Origin: Kiritimatiella glycovorans | Lineage (GTDB): Bacteria > Verrucomicrobiota > Kiritimatiellia > Kiritimatiellales > Kiritimatiellaceae | Assembly: GCF_001017655.1 (NCBI RefSeq) | Contig: NZ_CP010904.1 | Span: forward strand, 630,001-662,000 | DNA length: 32,000 nucleotides | Reading direction: 5' to 3' | Shown here: positions 18,955 to 27,282 of the stretch, piece after piece | How the letters are laid out: every line of letters starts with the position of its first letter | Numbering within the stretch: the first letter of the stretch is position 1 | Notes under the pieces: model-generated | Seen by the model: only the letters and a program-made list of their open reading frames with translations | Told to the model about the DNA's origin: nothing | Database searches by the model: none | Program-made: the position numbers and the translations under genes

Positions 18955-19812
18955 TCAGAAGCGCATGATCAGCCCCGCCCACCGGCCGTCGCCGTCGCGC
19001 ACTTCCTCCTGCGCGCCGAGGGCGTAGAAGGCGGCGGATACGCGGTCGATTTCCTCTTCCCGTATGCCGCTCAGGATGAGCAGGCTGCCGGTCAGGGCCT
19101 TGAGCTGCGGCGCGCAGCGGAGGAGTACGGACGAGAGAATATTGGCGCACACCACCTCGTGCCGGGGCAGCGGCCCGTCCCGGCCCAGTTCGTGGACCTG
19201 CAGGGCGAGGGCGCGTTCGACGCCGTTGCGGGCCGCGTTGTCGCGGGCCGATTCGATGCATTGCGGATCGTAGTCGGTTCCCAGCACGGGCCGGAAACCG
19301 AGTCTGGCGGCCGCCACGGCCAGCACGCCGCTCCCGGTTCCCAGATCGGCAAAGCCGCAGCCCGGGAAGCGCGCGGCGGCGTCCTCGAGCGATTCGAGGC
19401 AGAACCTCGTAGTGAAATGGAGTCCCGTGCCGAAACTGAGGCCGGGGTTGACGATCACCTCGATACGCTCCGCCGGGCCGCTTCCGGCCTCCCACGGCGG
19501 CGCGACCCTCAGCCGGCGGCCGATGTCGGCGGCCCGGAAGTGGTGCTTCCAGCTCTCCGCCCAGTCGCGGGCTTCGTAATGTCGCACGGAGGATTTTAGG
19601 ATTCCGGGAAGATCCGCGGCCGCCGCCGCGATCCGTTCGGCGGCGGCTCCGTCGGGTAGATACAGCTCCAGAAAGACGCAGGGCGACTCCGGAACTCCAA
19701 CCTCCACCGGTTCCAGCTCAAAGCGCGCGCGCAGCGTTTCCGCCAGCGCCCCGGCGTGCTCGCGCCGCGTGCGCAGGGCCAGGATGGATCCACTCTGATT
19801 CCTCAGGTCCAT
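18955..19812 (-). CDS. prmA: ribosomal protein L11 methyltransferase
   Basis: GLSFGTGLHFTTRFCLESLE, DLGTGSGVLAVAAARLG, GTDYDPQCIESARDNAARNGV and ANIL are characteristic PrmA motifs. Confidence 0.85.
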   Translation of the reverse strand: MDLRNQSGSILALRTRREHAGALAETLRARFELEPVEVGVPESPCVFLELYLPDGAAAERIAAAAADLPGILKSSVRHYEARDWAESWKHHFRAADIGRRLRVAPPWEAGSGPAERIEVIVNPGLSFGTGLHFTTRFCLESLEDAAARFPGCGFADLGTGSGVLAVAAARLGFRPVLGTDYDPQCIESARDNAARNGVERALALQVHELGRDGPLPRHEVVCANILSSVLLRCAPQLKALTGSLLILSGIREEEIDRVSAAFYALGAQEEVRDGDGRWAGLIMRF

Positions 19813-19843
19813 TCTTGCCCGTTGTACACCACGTCCCTACTAT

Positions 19844-21040
19844 GTGGCCATGAATATCGTGGTCGCAGAAACCGTCCTGCTGGGCGAGGAGGCCTTCAGC
19901 ACCCTGGGTGAGGTTCAGGTCGTGCCCGACCGCGAAATCGCCCCGTATCATCTCAAGGATGCGGACGCGCTCATTATCCGCTCCAAAACGCGGGTCCATG
20001 AACGGCTGCTCGCCGAGTCCCCGGTGCGTTTCGTAGGCACGGCGACGGCGGGATTTGATCATCTCGACACCCGCTACCTCGACCGCAGCGAGATCGCCTG
20101 GTGCGCCGCGCCGGGCTGCAACGCGAACAGCGTGGCCGAGTACCTCGTGGCCGCGCTGCTCGAACTCCATCACCGGCACGGGATCGTGCTCGAAGGACGG
20201 TCGATCGGAATCGTAGGGGTCGGTGAAGTGGGCAGCCGGGTCGCGGAAAAGGCCGAGGCGCTGGGCATGAGGGTCCTGATCAACGACCCGCCGCTGGAGG
20301 CCATGGCGCGGACGCCCGACTTCTCGGCCCGGGTGGATCCGCAGCGGTACGGCGGATTCCGTCCGCTCGACGAGGTGCTGGCCCGGTCGGAGATCGTCAC
20401 GCTCCATGTCCCGCTCACGGACGAGAAACCCTGGCCGACCCGGGGGCTCGCCCGCTGTCCGTTCTTTGAAAACATGAGACCCGGCTCGATCTTCATCAAT
20501 ACCTGCCGCGGCGAGGTGGTCGATCCCGAGGCGCTGACCTGCGCCCTGGACAACGGGATCGTCGAATACGCGGTACTGGACGTCTGGGATCCCGAACCGG
20601 AGATCCCGCTCGGTCTGCTCGAACGCGCGGAGCTGGGCACGCCGCACATCGCGGGATACTCCTGGGAGGGCGCCCTCAACGGAACGGTCGCCTGTTACCA
20701 CGCCGCCTGCCGCTTCTTCGAGCGCTCCGCCTGCTGGCCGGTGGTCGAATTCGTGCCCGATCCCCCGCAGCCGAGGCTGGAGCTGGAGACCCGGGGCCGG
20801 GATCGGGAGGACGTGCTCGCCGAAGCGGTGCGGAGCGTCTACGACATCGCACGCGACGACGCGACCCTGCGCGAGTATGCCCTGCCGGACGACGCCCAGC
20901 GGGGGTCCTGTTTCGACCGCCTGCGCCGCGAATACGACCGCCGGCGCGAGTTCTTTAACACCCGGGTCCGGCTGCGCGACGACCCCCCCGGCCTCGCCGG
21001 TAAACTGCGCGGCATCGGGTTCAAGGCGGATCCGGAGTGA
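19844..21040 (+). CDS. pdxB: 4-phosphoerythronate dehydrogenase
   Basis: [17 protein letters not shown]...[13 protein letters not shown]...[13 protein letters not shown]...LHVPLT aligns well with E. coli PdxB from memory. Length 398 aa including the PdxB-specific C-terminal domain. Confidence 0.85.
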   Translation: MAMNIVVAETVLLGEEAFSTLGEVQVVPDREIAPYHLKDADALIIRSKTRVHERLLAESPVRFVGTATAGFDHLDTRYLDRSEIAWCAAPGCNANSVAEYLVAALLELHHRHGIVLEGRSIGIVGVGEVGSRVAEKAEALGMRVLINDPPLEAMARTPDFSARVDPQRYGGFRPLDEVLARSEIVTLHVPLTDEKPWPTRGLARCPFFENMRPGSIFINTCRGEVVDPEALTCALDNGIVEYAVLDVWDPEPEIPLGLLERAELGTPHIAGYSWEGALNGTVACYHAACRFFERSACWPVVEFVPDPPQPRLELETRGRDREDVLAEAVRSVYDIARDDATLREYALPDDAQRGSCFDRLRREYDRRREFFNTRVRLRDDPPGLAGKLRGIGFKADPE

Positions 21041-21045
21041 ACCGC

Positions 21046-21189
21046 CGGCAGTTCTCATTATGGCCGCATTCCGACCGCGGACGGCGTGGCAGCCGTCCCT
21101 CCCGAGTCGAGATCCGACGCCTTTTCGGGCATTGGGAGGGTCGGGTGCCACCCCGACCGAAAAGGGTGAAGCCCTAATGAGAATTGCTG
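21046..21189 (+). mobile_element. 144-bp MITE-like element, copy 1 (about 19-bp imperfect TIR, 9-bp flanking duplication GTGAACCGC)
   Basis: Ends are CGGCAGTTCTCATTATGGC...GCCCTAATGAGAATTGCTG. GTGAACCGC occurs at 21037-21045 and 21190-21198. A near-identical inverted copy lies at 28458-28601. It has no ORF of its own. Confidence 0.7.
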
Positions 21190-21207
21190 GTGAACCGCCC
21201 CTCGCGG

Positions 21208-21237
21208 TTGACTCTCCGCGCCGGAAGCGGGTAGAGT
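21208..21237 (+). promoter_or_regulatory. possible sigma-70-type promoter for pgk-tpiA-secG
   Basis: TTGACT (21208-21213), 18 nt, TAGAGT (21232-21237), about 54 nt upstream of the pgk ATG. Confidence 0.35.
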
Positions 21238-21290
21238 GGCCGACCGGTTTTTCCAGGAGAGGGATACGAATCAGCGCAGAGGAGGAGACG

Positions 21291-22490
21291 ATGAACAAAC
21301 TTTCGATCAGAGACCTGGACCTGAAGGGCAAGCGCGTGCTGATGCGCGTCGATTTCAACGTGCCCGTCAAGGACGGGAAGGTCGGGGACGATACCCGCAT
21401 TCAGGCGGCGCTCCCGAGTATCACGCACGCCCTCGAACAGGGAGCGTCGGTTGTGCTGATGAGCCATCTCGGCCGTCCCAAGGGGGAACGGAATCCCGAG
21501 TTCACGCTCAAACCGGCCGCCGACCGGCTCGGCGAGCTGCTCGACGCCGAGGTGCAGTTCGCGCCCGACTGCATAGGGGACGAGGTCAAGGCCCTGGTCG
21601 ACGGGCTCGAGCCGGGCCGGGTTCTCGTGCTCGAGAATGTCCGCTTCTACCCCGAAGAAGAGGGCAAGAAGTCCACCCCCGAAGAGCAGCGCGAATTCGC
21701 GCGCAAGCTGGCCGCCTGGGGCGAGGTCTACGTGAACGACGCCTTCGGCACCGCCCACCGCAGACACGCCTCGACCGCGGTCGTGAACGAATTCTTCGAC
21801 CGCGCCGCGGCGGGCTTCCTGATGGAAAAGGAGATCGAGTACCTCGGGGGCGCGCTGGCGAATCCCGAAAAGCCGTTCGTCGCCGTGATCGGCGGGGCCA
21901 AGATCAGCGGCAAAATCGATGTGATCACCAACCTGCTCGACCGCGTGGACGCCGTACTGATCGGCGGCGGTATGGCCTATACCTTCTACAAGGCGATGGG
22001 CAAACCGATCGGAAATTCGCTCGTTGAAGAGGAGAAACTCGAACTGGCGAAAGAGATCCTGAAGCGGGCGGAAAGCGGGGGCGTCAAGCTCATGCTGCCG
22101 GTCGATAACGTGGTCGCCGACAAGTTCGACGCCGGGGCGAACACGAAGACGGTCGGCGATTCGATCGAGGAGGGCTGGATGGCCCTGGATATCGGCCCGG
22201 ACACGGTCCGCCAGTACGCGGAAGAAATCGGCGGCGCGAAGACCGTCGTCTGGAACGGCCCGATGGGCTGTTTCGAGATGGAGCCCTTCGCCGAAGGCAC
22301 GTATGCGATCTGCCGCGCGGTGGCCGGGGCCGACTGCACGAGCATTATCGGCGGCGGCGACAGCGTAAGCGCGGTCCGGAAGAGCGGCATGGCCGACCGG
22401 ATGAGCCATGTCAGCACCGGCGGCGGCGCTTCGCTCGAATTCATGGAAGGTAAGGAACTGCCCGGCATCGCGGCCCTCTCGAACAAGTGA
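21291..22490 (+). CDS. pgk: phosphoglycerate kinase
   Basis: ATG 21291 follows [48 protein letters not shown] and GGGDS are present. The upstream part of track ORF 20877..22490 is read-through across the MITE. Confidence 0.95.
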   Translation: MNKLSIRDLDLKGKRVLMRVDFNVPVKDGKVGDDTRIQAALPSITHALEQGASVVLMSHLGRPKGERNPEFTLKPAADRLGELLDAEVQFAPDCIGDEVKALVDGLEPGRVLVLENVRFYPEEEGKKSTPEEQREFARKLAAWGEVYVNDAFGTAHRRHASTAVVNEFFDRAAAGFLMEKEIEYLGGALANPEKPFVAVIGGAKISGKIDVITNLLDRVDAVLIGGGMAYTFYKAMGKPIGNSLVEEEKLELAKEILKRAESGGVKLMLPVDNVVADKFDAGANTKTVGDSIEEGWMALDIGPDTVRQYAEEIGGAKTVVWNGPMGCFEMEPFAEGTYAICRAVAGADCTSIIGGGDSVSAVRKSGMADRMSHVSTGGGASLEFMEGKELPGIAALSNK

Positions 22491-22572
22491 GCGCCGGAGA
22501 CGTGCCGGGAAAGCGCGATGCGGAACCATGCATGACGGCATCGCGCGTCGTAACAGGACGAAGGAGTTTGCC

Positions 22573-23328
22573 ATGCGGAAGATGATTGTGGCGGGGAACT
22601 GGAAGATGAATAAAACCGTGGCCGAGGCCGCGGACCTGGTCGATGCCCTCAAGATCGACCTGGCGGAGTGCCAGGAAGTGGAAGTGGTGGTCTGCCCGCC
22701 GTTTACCGCGCTCAAGCCGGTCAGCGACCGGATCTCGGAAACCCAGATCGCGCTGGGCGCGCAGAATATGTACTGGGAGCGTGAAGGGGCCTACACGGGC
22801 GAGGTCTCGCCCGCGATGCTGAAGGAATTCTACTGCCGCTACGTGATTCTCGGCCACAGCGAACGGCGCGCGTACTTCGGCGAGACCGACGAAAGCGTCA
22901 ACCGCAAGCTCAAGGCGGCCCTCGAGAACAACCTGCGGCCGATCATGTGCGTCGGCGAAACCCTGGAGCAGCGTGATGCGGACGAGACCGCGGACGTCGT
23001 GACGCGCCAGGTGCGGCAGGGGCTCGCGGACGTGGATCCCGACGACCTGCGGCGGGTCGTGATCGCCTACGAACCGGTCTGGGCCATCGGGACGGGACGG
23101 ACGGCGTCCGCGGAGCAGGCCCAGGAAGTGCACGCCCTGATCCGCACGCTGCTCGTGGAGAAGTCGAACGACACCGTCGCCCAGTCCGTGCGCATCCAGT
23201 ACGGCGGTAGCGTGAAGCCGAATAATGCCGCGGAACTCTTCGCGTGCGAGGATATCGACGGCGGCCTCATCGGAGGGGCCGCGCTCGACGCGCGCTCGTT
23301 TACGGACATCGTCAAAGCCGCCATGTGA
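22573..23328 (+). CDS. tpiA: triosephosphate isomerase
   Basis: ATG 22573 follows AAGGAG. AGNWKMNKT, ILGHSERR, AYEPVWAIGTG and YGGSVKP are present. Confidence 0.95.
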   Translation: MRKMIVAGNWKMNKTVAEAADLVDALKIDLAECQEVEVVVCPPFTALKPVSDRISETQIALGAQNMYWEREGAYTGEVSPAMLKEFYCRYVILGHSERRAYFGETDESVNRKLKAALENNLRPIMCVGETLEQRDADETADVVTRQVRQGLADVDPDDLRRVVIAYEPVWAIGTGRTASAEQAQEVHALIRTLLVEKSNDTVAQSVRIQYGGSVKPNNAAELFACEDIDGGLIGGAALDARSFTDIVKAAM

Positions 23329-23351
23329 GGCGGCCCGGAGGTTAAACTGCT

Positions 23352-23705
23352 ATGCAGATGCTGCGCATTTTGCTGATCGTGCTCGAAGCCCTCTGCAGCG
23401 TGATGCTGATCACGCTGATCCTGCTTCAGAAGTCGAAAGGACAGGGGCTCGGGGTGGCGTTCGGCGGCACGGCCGGAGAATCGTTCTTCGGCGCGCGCGC
23501 GGGCAACGTCCTCACGAAGTGGACCGTCTACCTTGCGATCTTCTTCCTCGTGAATACGGTCGTGCTCGGCCTGCTTTTCACCGGGGGCGGCAGTTCCTCG
23601 GTGATGGGACCGGCCGAAGAGACCCGCGGCGAGGTGCGCGAGGTGGAGAAGGCCAGTCCGGAGGACCTCGAGCTGCCCGAAGACGCCGCCGTTCCCGCCG
23701 AGTGA
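23352..23705 (+). CDS. secG: preprotein translocase subunit SecG
   Basis: It sits in the conserved pgk-tpiA-secG position. LITLILLQKSKGQGLGVAFGG motif, two TM helices and an acidic tail. Confidence 0.85.
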   Translation: MQMLRILLIVLEALCSVMLITLILLQKSKGQGLGVAFGGTAGESFFGARAGNVLTKWTVYLAIFFLVNTVVLGLLFTGGGSSSVMGPAEETRGEVREVEKASPEDLELPEDAAVPAE

Positions 23706-23730
23706 GTTCAATCCCGGAGGACTGTCGCTC

Positions 23731-25689
23731 ATGGAGCATGAGCCCGCGTACCGCCGTTCCGGTTTCACTCCGCTGCAGGCGGTCCCCGTGCTGGCGGCGG
23801 TGCTGGCTCTCCTGCTGACGGGCTGCGGTTCGGATCCGCTGGTGCCCGAAGATACCGGCGAGCAGGTCCTGTACGGCCCCACCGTGCGCATCCAGGGCTT
23901 CGACCCCGTGCGCTCCGGCGACGTGGCGTCGTCGATGGCGATCGCTCGCATCTACGAGGGCCTGCTCCAGTACGCCTATCTCGACCGTCCCTACCGCGTC
24001 AGGCCGCTGCTGGCGCGCTCGATGCCCGAGGTCTCGGAGGACGGCCTGACCTACACGTTCAGGGTCCGCGAGGGGATCCGCTTCCAGGACGATCCGTGTT
24101 TTGCGGAGACGGACGGAAAGGGGCGCGAGCTGACCGCGCAGGACTTCGTCTACTCGATCAAGCGCGTGGCGGACGTCAAGAACGCTTCCCCCGGATACTG
24201 GGCATTCCAGGGCCGGATCCGGGGGCTCGACGCTTTCCGCGAGGCCTCGAAGGGCGAGCAGCCTACGGATTACGACCGCGAGGTGGAGGGATTGACCGCC
24301 CCCGGACGCTACACGCTGCGCTTCGAACTGCTCGAACCCTATCCGCAGCTGCTCTGGATTCTCGCCATGCACTACGCCTTCGCCGTGCCGCGCGAGGCGG
24401 TGGAGTATTACGGGGACGAATTCCTGAACCATCCCGTTGGCACCGGCCCGTTCGTGCTCGACAGCTGGAAGCGCAACTATCGTGTCGAGTTCGTGCGTAA
24501 CCCGGCGTGGACCGGAGACGGGCGCGTGGAACGCTATCCCTCCGAAGGGTCGCCCGCCGACCGCCGCGCCGGGCTGCTCGCAGACGCGGGTGAGCGTCTT
24601 CCCTTCCTCGACCGTATCGTGCAGTTCGTCGTCGAGGATTCCACCACGCAGTGGATGATGTTTCTCGCCGGCCAGTTCAGCCTGAGCGGCATCTCGCGCG
24701 ATAACTGGGATGCCGTGGTCACGCCCGAAAAAGAACTTGGCGGAGTGCTCCGCGAACGCGGCGTCGACATGGTCTCCAGCCCCACGCTCGATCTCTTCTA
24801 TATCGGATTCAACATGGACGACCCCGTCGTCGGCTCCCACCCGGACCCGCGCATCGATGCGCGCCGCCGTAAACTGCGTCAGGCCATGGCCTGCGCCTTC
24901 GACCACGAGGAATGGACGCGCTTTTACAACAACCGTATCGCCCCCGCCTACGGCCCCATCCCCGAGCCCCTGGCGGGAAGCCGCGCGAAACCCGGCCCCT
25001 ACGCGTTCAACCTCGAGAAAGCCAGGCGGCTGATCGCCGAAGCGGGCTATCCGGAGGGCGTCGATCCCGAGACCGGCCGCAGACTGGAGCTGAACCTCGA
25101 GGTCGGCGCGGCCGCGGCGGGCGATACCCGCCAGTCCGTCGAGTTGTTCGCGCACTTCATGGACCGCATCGGGATCCGGATCTCCCCGAGCTATAACAAC
25201 TGGCCCACCTTCATGGATAAACTCAACCGCGGCCAGGCCCAGCTCTTCCGGCTCGGATGGGTCGCCGACTATCCCGACGCCGAGAACTTTTTCCAGCTCT
25301 TCTACGGCCCCAACCGCTCGCCCGGACCCAATCATGCCAATTACCGCAACCCCCAGTTCGACCGCCTCTATGAGCGCATCCGGACCATGATGCCCTCGGA
25401 CGAACGCACGGAGATCTGCAGGCGGATGGCCGCAATCGTGATCGAGGATTCCCCCTGGATTTTCATGCATCAGCCGATGAGCTACGCGCTCGTCCATTCC
25501 TGGGTGCGGAACTATAAACCGCACGACTTCCCGTACGGCATGGGCAAGTACCGCCGGATCGATATGTCGCAGTTCAGCCGGTGGAGACGAACGTACGGCG
25601 AAGAGAGAATGGGACTGAGCGTGGAGACGGGAGCCGGGGAAGAAGGGGAAGCAGGATCAGAGTCAGAATCAGAATCAGAATCAGAGTAA
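23731..25689 (+). CDS. ABC transporter substrate-binding lipoprotein, family 5 (OppA/DppA-like), with a Ser-Glu repeat tail
   Basis: Lipobox LLLTGC, SBP_bac_5-like body (GPFVLDSWKRNYRVEFVRNP, GWVADYPDAENFF). The C-terminus ...GEAGSESESESESE* is encoded by the hexamer run at 25658-25687. Confidence 0.85.
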   Translation: MEHEPAYRRSGFTPLQAVPVLAAVLALLLTGCGSDPLVPEDTGEQVLYGPTVRIQGFDPVRSGDVASSMAIARIYEGLLQYAYLDRPYRVRPLLARSMPEVSEDGLTYTFRVREGIRFQDDPCFAETDGKGRELTAQDFVYSIKRVADVKNASPGYWAFQGRIRGLDAFREASKGEQPTDYDREVEGLTAPGRYTLRFELLEPYPQLLWILAMHYAFAVPREAVEYYGDEFLNHPVGTGPFVLDSWKRNYRVEFVRNPAWTGDGRVERYPSEGSPADRRAGLLADAGERLPFLDRIVQFVVEDSTTQWMMFLAGQFSLSGISRDNWDAVVTPEKELGGVLRERGVDMVSSPTLDLFYIGFNMDDPVVGSHPDPRIDARRRKLRQAMACAFDHEEWTRFYNNRIAPAYGPIPEPLAGSRAKPGPYAFNLEKARRLIAEAGYPEGVDPETGRRLELNLEVGAAAAGDTRQSVELFAHFMDRIGIRISPSYNNWPTFMDKLNRGQAQLFRLGWVADYPDAENFFQLFYGPNRSPGPNHANYRNPQFDRLYERIRTMMPSDERTEICRRMAAIVIEDSPWIFMHQPMSYALVHSWVRNYKPHDFPYGMGKYRRIDMSQFSRWRRTYGEERMGLSVETGAGEEGEAGSESESESESE

Positions 25690-25977
25690 GAGGGAGGGGG
25701 AAACCTGAGTGAGAAACCTGAAACCTGAGACCTGAGTAAGAGGGAGGGGGAGGGGGGAAACCTGAGTGAGAAACCTGAAACCTGAGACCTGAGTAAGAGT
25801 GGGAAACCTCAGAGTCAGAATCAGAGTCAGAGTAAGAGGGAGAGGGAAGCCTGAGTGAGAAACCTGAAACCTGAGACCTGAGTAAGAGTGGGAAACCTCA
25901 GAGTCAGAATCAGAGTCAGAGTCAGAGTCAGAGTCAGAGTAAGAGGGAGAGGGAAGCCTTAGACCTGAGAGTAAGAG
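25658..25977. repeat. nested tandem repeat: (CAGAGT/CAGAAT)n runs plus units of about 50 and 89 bp, spanning the SBP 3' end and the whole SBP-permease spacer
   Basis: Hexamer runs of 5 (25658-25687), 4 (25810-25833) and 7 (25899-25940) copies. TAAGAGGGAG..CCTGAGTGAGAAACCTGAAACCTGAGACCTGAG occurs 3 times and TAAGAGTGGGAAACCT twice. Confidence 0.9.
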
Positions 25978-27276
25978 GTGTTGAAATACATTGTCAGAAG
26001 AGTCCTGCAGATGATCCCGACGGTGTTCGGGGTCATCCTGATCACGTTCATCCTGTTCAACGTGGTCGGCGGGAGTCCCGCGGCGATGACGCTCGGCAAG
26101 AACGTCTCCGGGAAAATGCTGGAGGAGTTCGATGAGCAGCGCGGATTCAACAAGCCGCTGATTTTCGGATGGCGCACCGGGACCCGGGCGTACGAGGACA
26201 CGCGGTTCGAGACCCGCGCCGGGCCCTGGCGGGAGGTCGACGACGTCTCGTACCGCGGCGGGGAGGGCGGCGTGATCCGGCTCGAACAGAGCGGCAGCTA
26301 CGAGCTTCCCCTCGCGTTCGAACTGCGCCCGGACACGGAGTACGAGTGGCGCGTGGAATACCGCCTGGAGGAGGGGACCGGCCATCCCGCGCATTTCTGC
26401 GGCCGGGAACTGCGCTCCGGAGAATGGGAGCGCGCGCGCATCCGCTGCGCCGGGAGCGACCCGCAGATCGTGCGTACGGCCGGCCGCGCGCTGGAGTTCC
26501 GGTCGATCCGTCTGCGTCGGATGATGCCTCACCCGTTCGACTCGCAGTTTGTCTACTACCTGGGCCAGATTCTCCGCCTCGATTTCGGTACCTCGCTCAG
26601 CATGAAGGAGAAGGTCTCCACATTACTGCTCAACGGTATCGGTCCCTCGCTGATGCTGACCGTGCCGATCTTTCTCGCCGGACTGGTCGTCTCCGTCGTA
26701 CTCGCCCTCCTGTGCGCGTTTTTCCGCGACACGTGGGTCGATCGATTTTTCGTCGTCCTCGCCGTCGCCCTGATGAGCGTGAACTACCTGGTCTGGATCG
26801 TCGCCGGCCAGTACGTTTTTGCCTACCGGCTCGGATGGTTTCCGGTCTGGGGGTTTGAGTCGTGGCGTTACCTCCTCCTTCCCGTACTGATCGGCGTCAT
26901 CAGCAGCCTGGGGATGAACCTGCGCTTCTACCGGACGGTGGTGCTGGACGAGATGTACCGCGATTACGTCCGCACGGCCCGCGCGAAGGGCGTGTCCAGA
27001 ACGCGCATCCTCTTCACCCACGTGCTCAAGAACGCGATGGTGCCGATCATTACCAACGTGGTCATCGCGATCCCGTTCCTCTACACCGGAAGCCTGCTGC
27101 TGGAGAGTTTTTTCGGCATCCCGGGACTGGGGTATCTCGGGGTCAACGCGATCAATTCCTCGGACGTCGACGTGATGCGCGCCCTCGTCCTGCTGGGTGC
27201 GATCATGTTCGTCGTGGCGAACCTGTTGACGGATATCTGCTACGCGTGGGTCGATCCGCGCGTGAAACTTCGATAA
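25978..27276 (+). CDS. ABC transporter permease (OppB/DppB-like) with an enlarged first periplasmic loop
   Basis: The N-terminus MLKYIVRRVLQMIPTVFGVILITF and the C-terminal LTDICYAWVDPRVK are canonical OppB/DppB. At 432 aa it is about 125 aa longer than usual. The start is GTG 25978 or TTG 25981. Confidence 0.85.
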   Translation: MLKYIVRRVLQMIPTVFGVILITFILFNVVGGSPAAMTLGKNVSGKMLEEFDEQRGFNKPLIFGWRTGTRAYEDTRFETRAGPWREVDDVSYRGGEGGVIRLEQSGSYELPLAFELRPDTEYEWRVEYRLEEGTGHPAHFCGRELRSGEWERARIRCAGSDPQIVRTAGRALEFRSIRLRRMMPHPFDSQFVYYLGQILRLDFGTSLSMKEKVSTLLLNGIGPSLMLTVPIFLAGLVVSVVLALLCAFFRDTWVDRFFVVLAVALMSVNYLVWIVAGQYVFAYRLGWFPVWGFESWRYLLLPVLIGVISSLGMNLRFYRTVVLDEMYRDYVRTARAKGVSRTRILFTHVLKNAMVPIITNVVIAIPFLYTGSLLLESFFGIPGLGYLGVNAINSSDVDVMRALVLLGAIMFVVANLLTDICYAWVDPRVKLR

Positions 27277-27282
27277 GGACGG

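Noticed and set aside
19718-22715. Minus-strand ORFs 19718..21400 (560 aa) and 21174..22715 (513 aa), and the 5' extension of 20877..22490 (+).
   Set aside because: They are antisense to pdxB and pgk, or read through the MITE and the pgk promoter region. pgk starts at 21291 with a strong SD.
23578-25524. 648-aa minus-strand ORF.
   Set aside because: It is antisense to the ABC substrate-binding protein gene and shows no motifs.
25741-25760. G-quadruplex in AGGGAGGGGGAGGGGGGAAA.
   Set aside because: There are only three separable G-tracts. A fourth G3 tract with a loop cannot be formed, so a canonical intramolecular G4 is not supported.
25658-25977. Possible CRISPR array, given the many short repeats.
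   Set aside because: The units are contiguous tandem or nested repeats with no unique spacers of regular length. The repeats are purine-rich and non-palindromic, there are no cas genes in the window, and the array begins inside a coding sequence.
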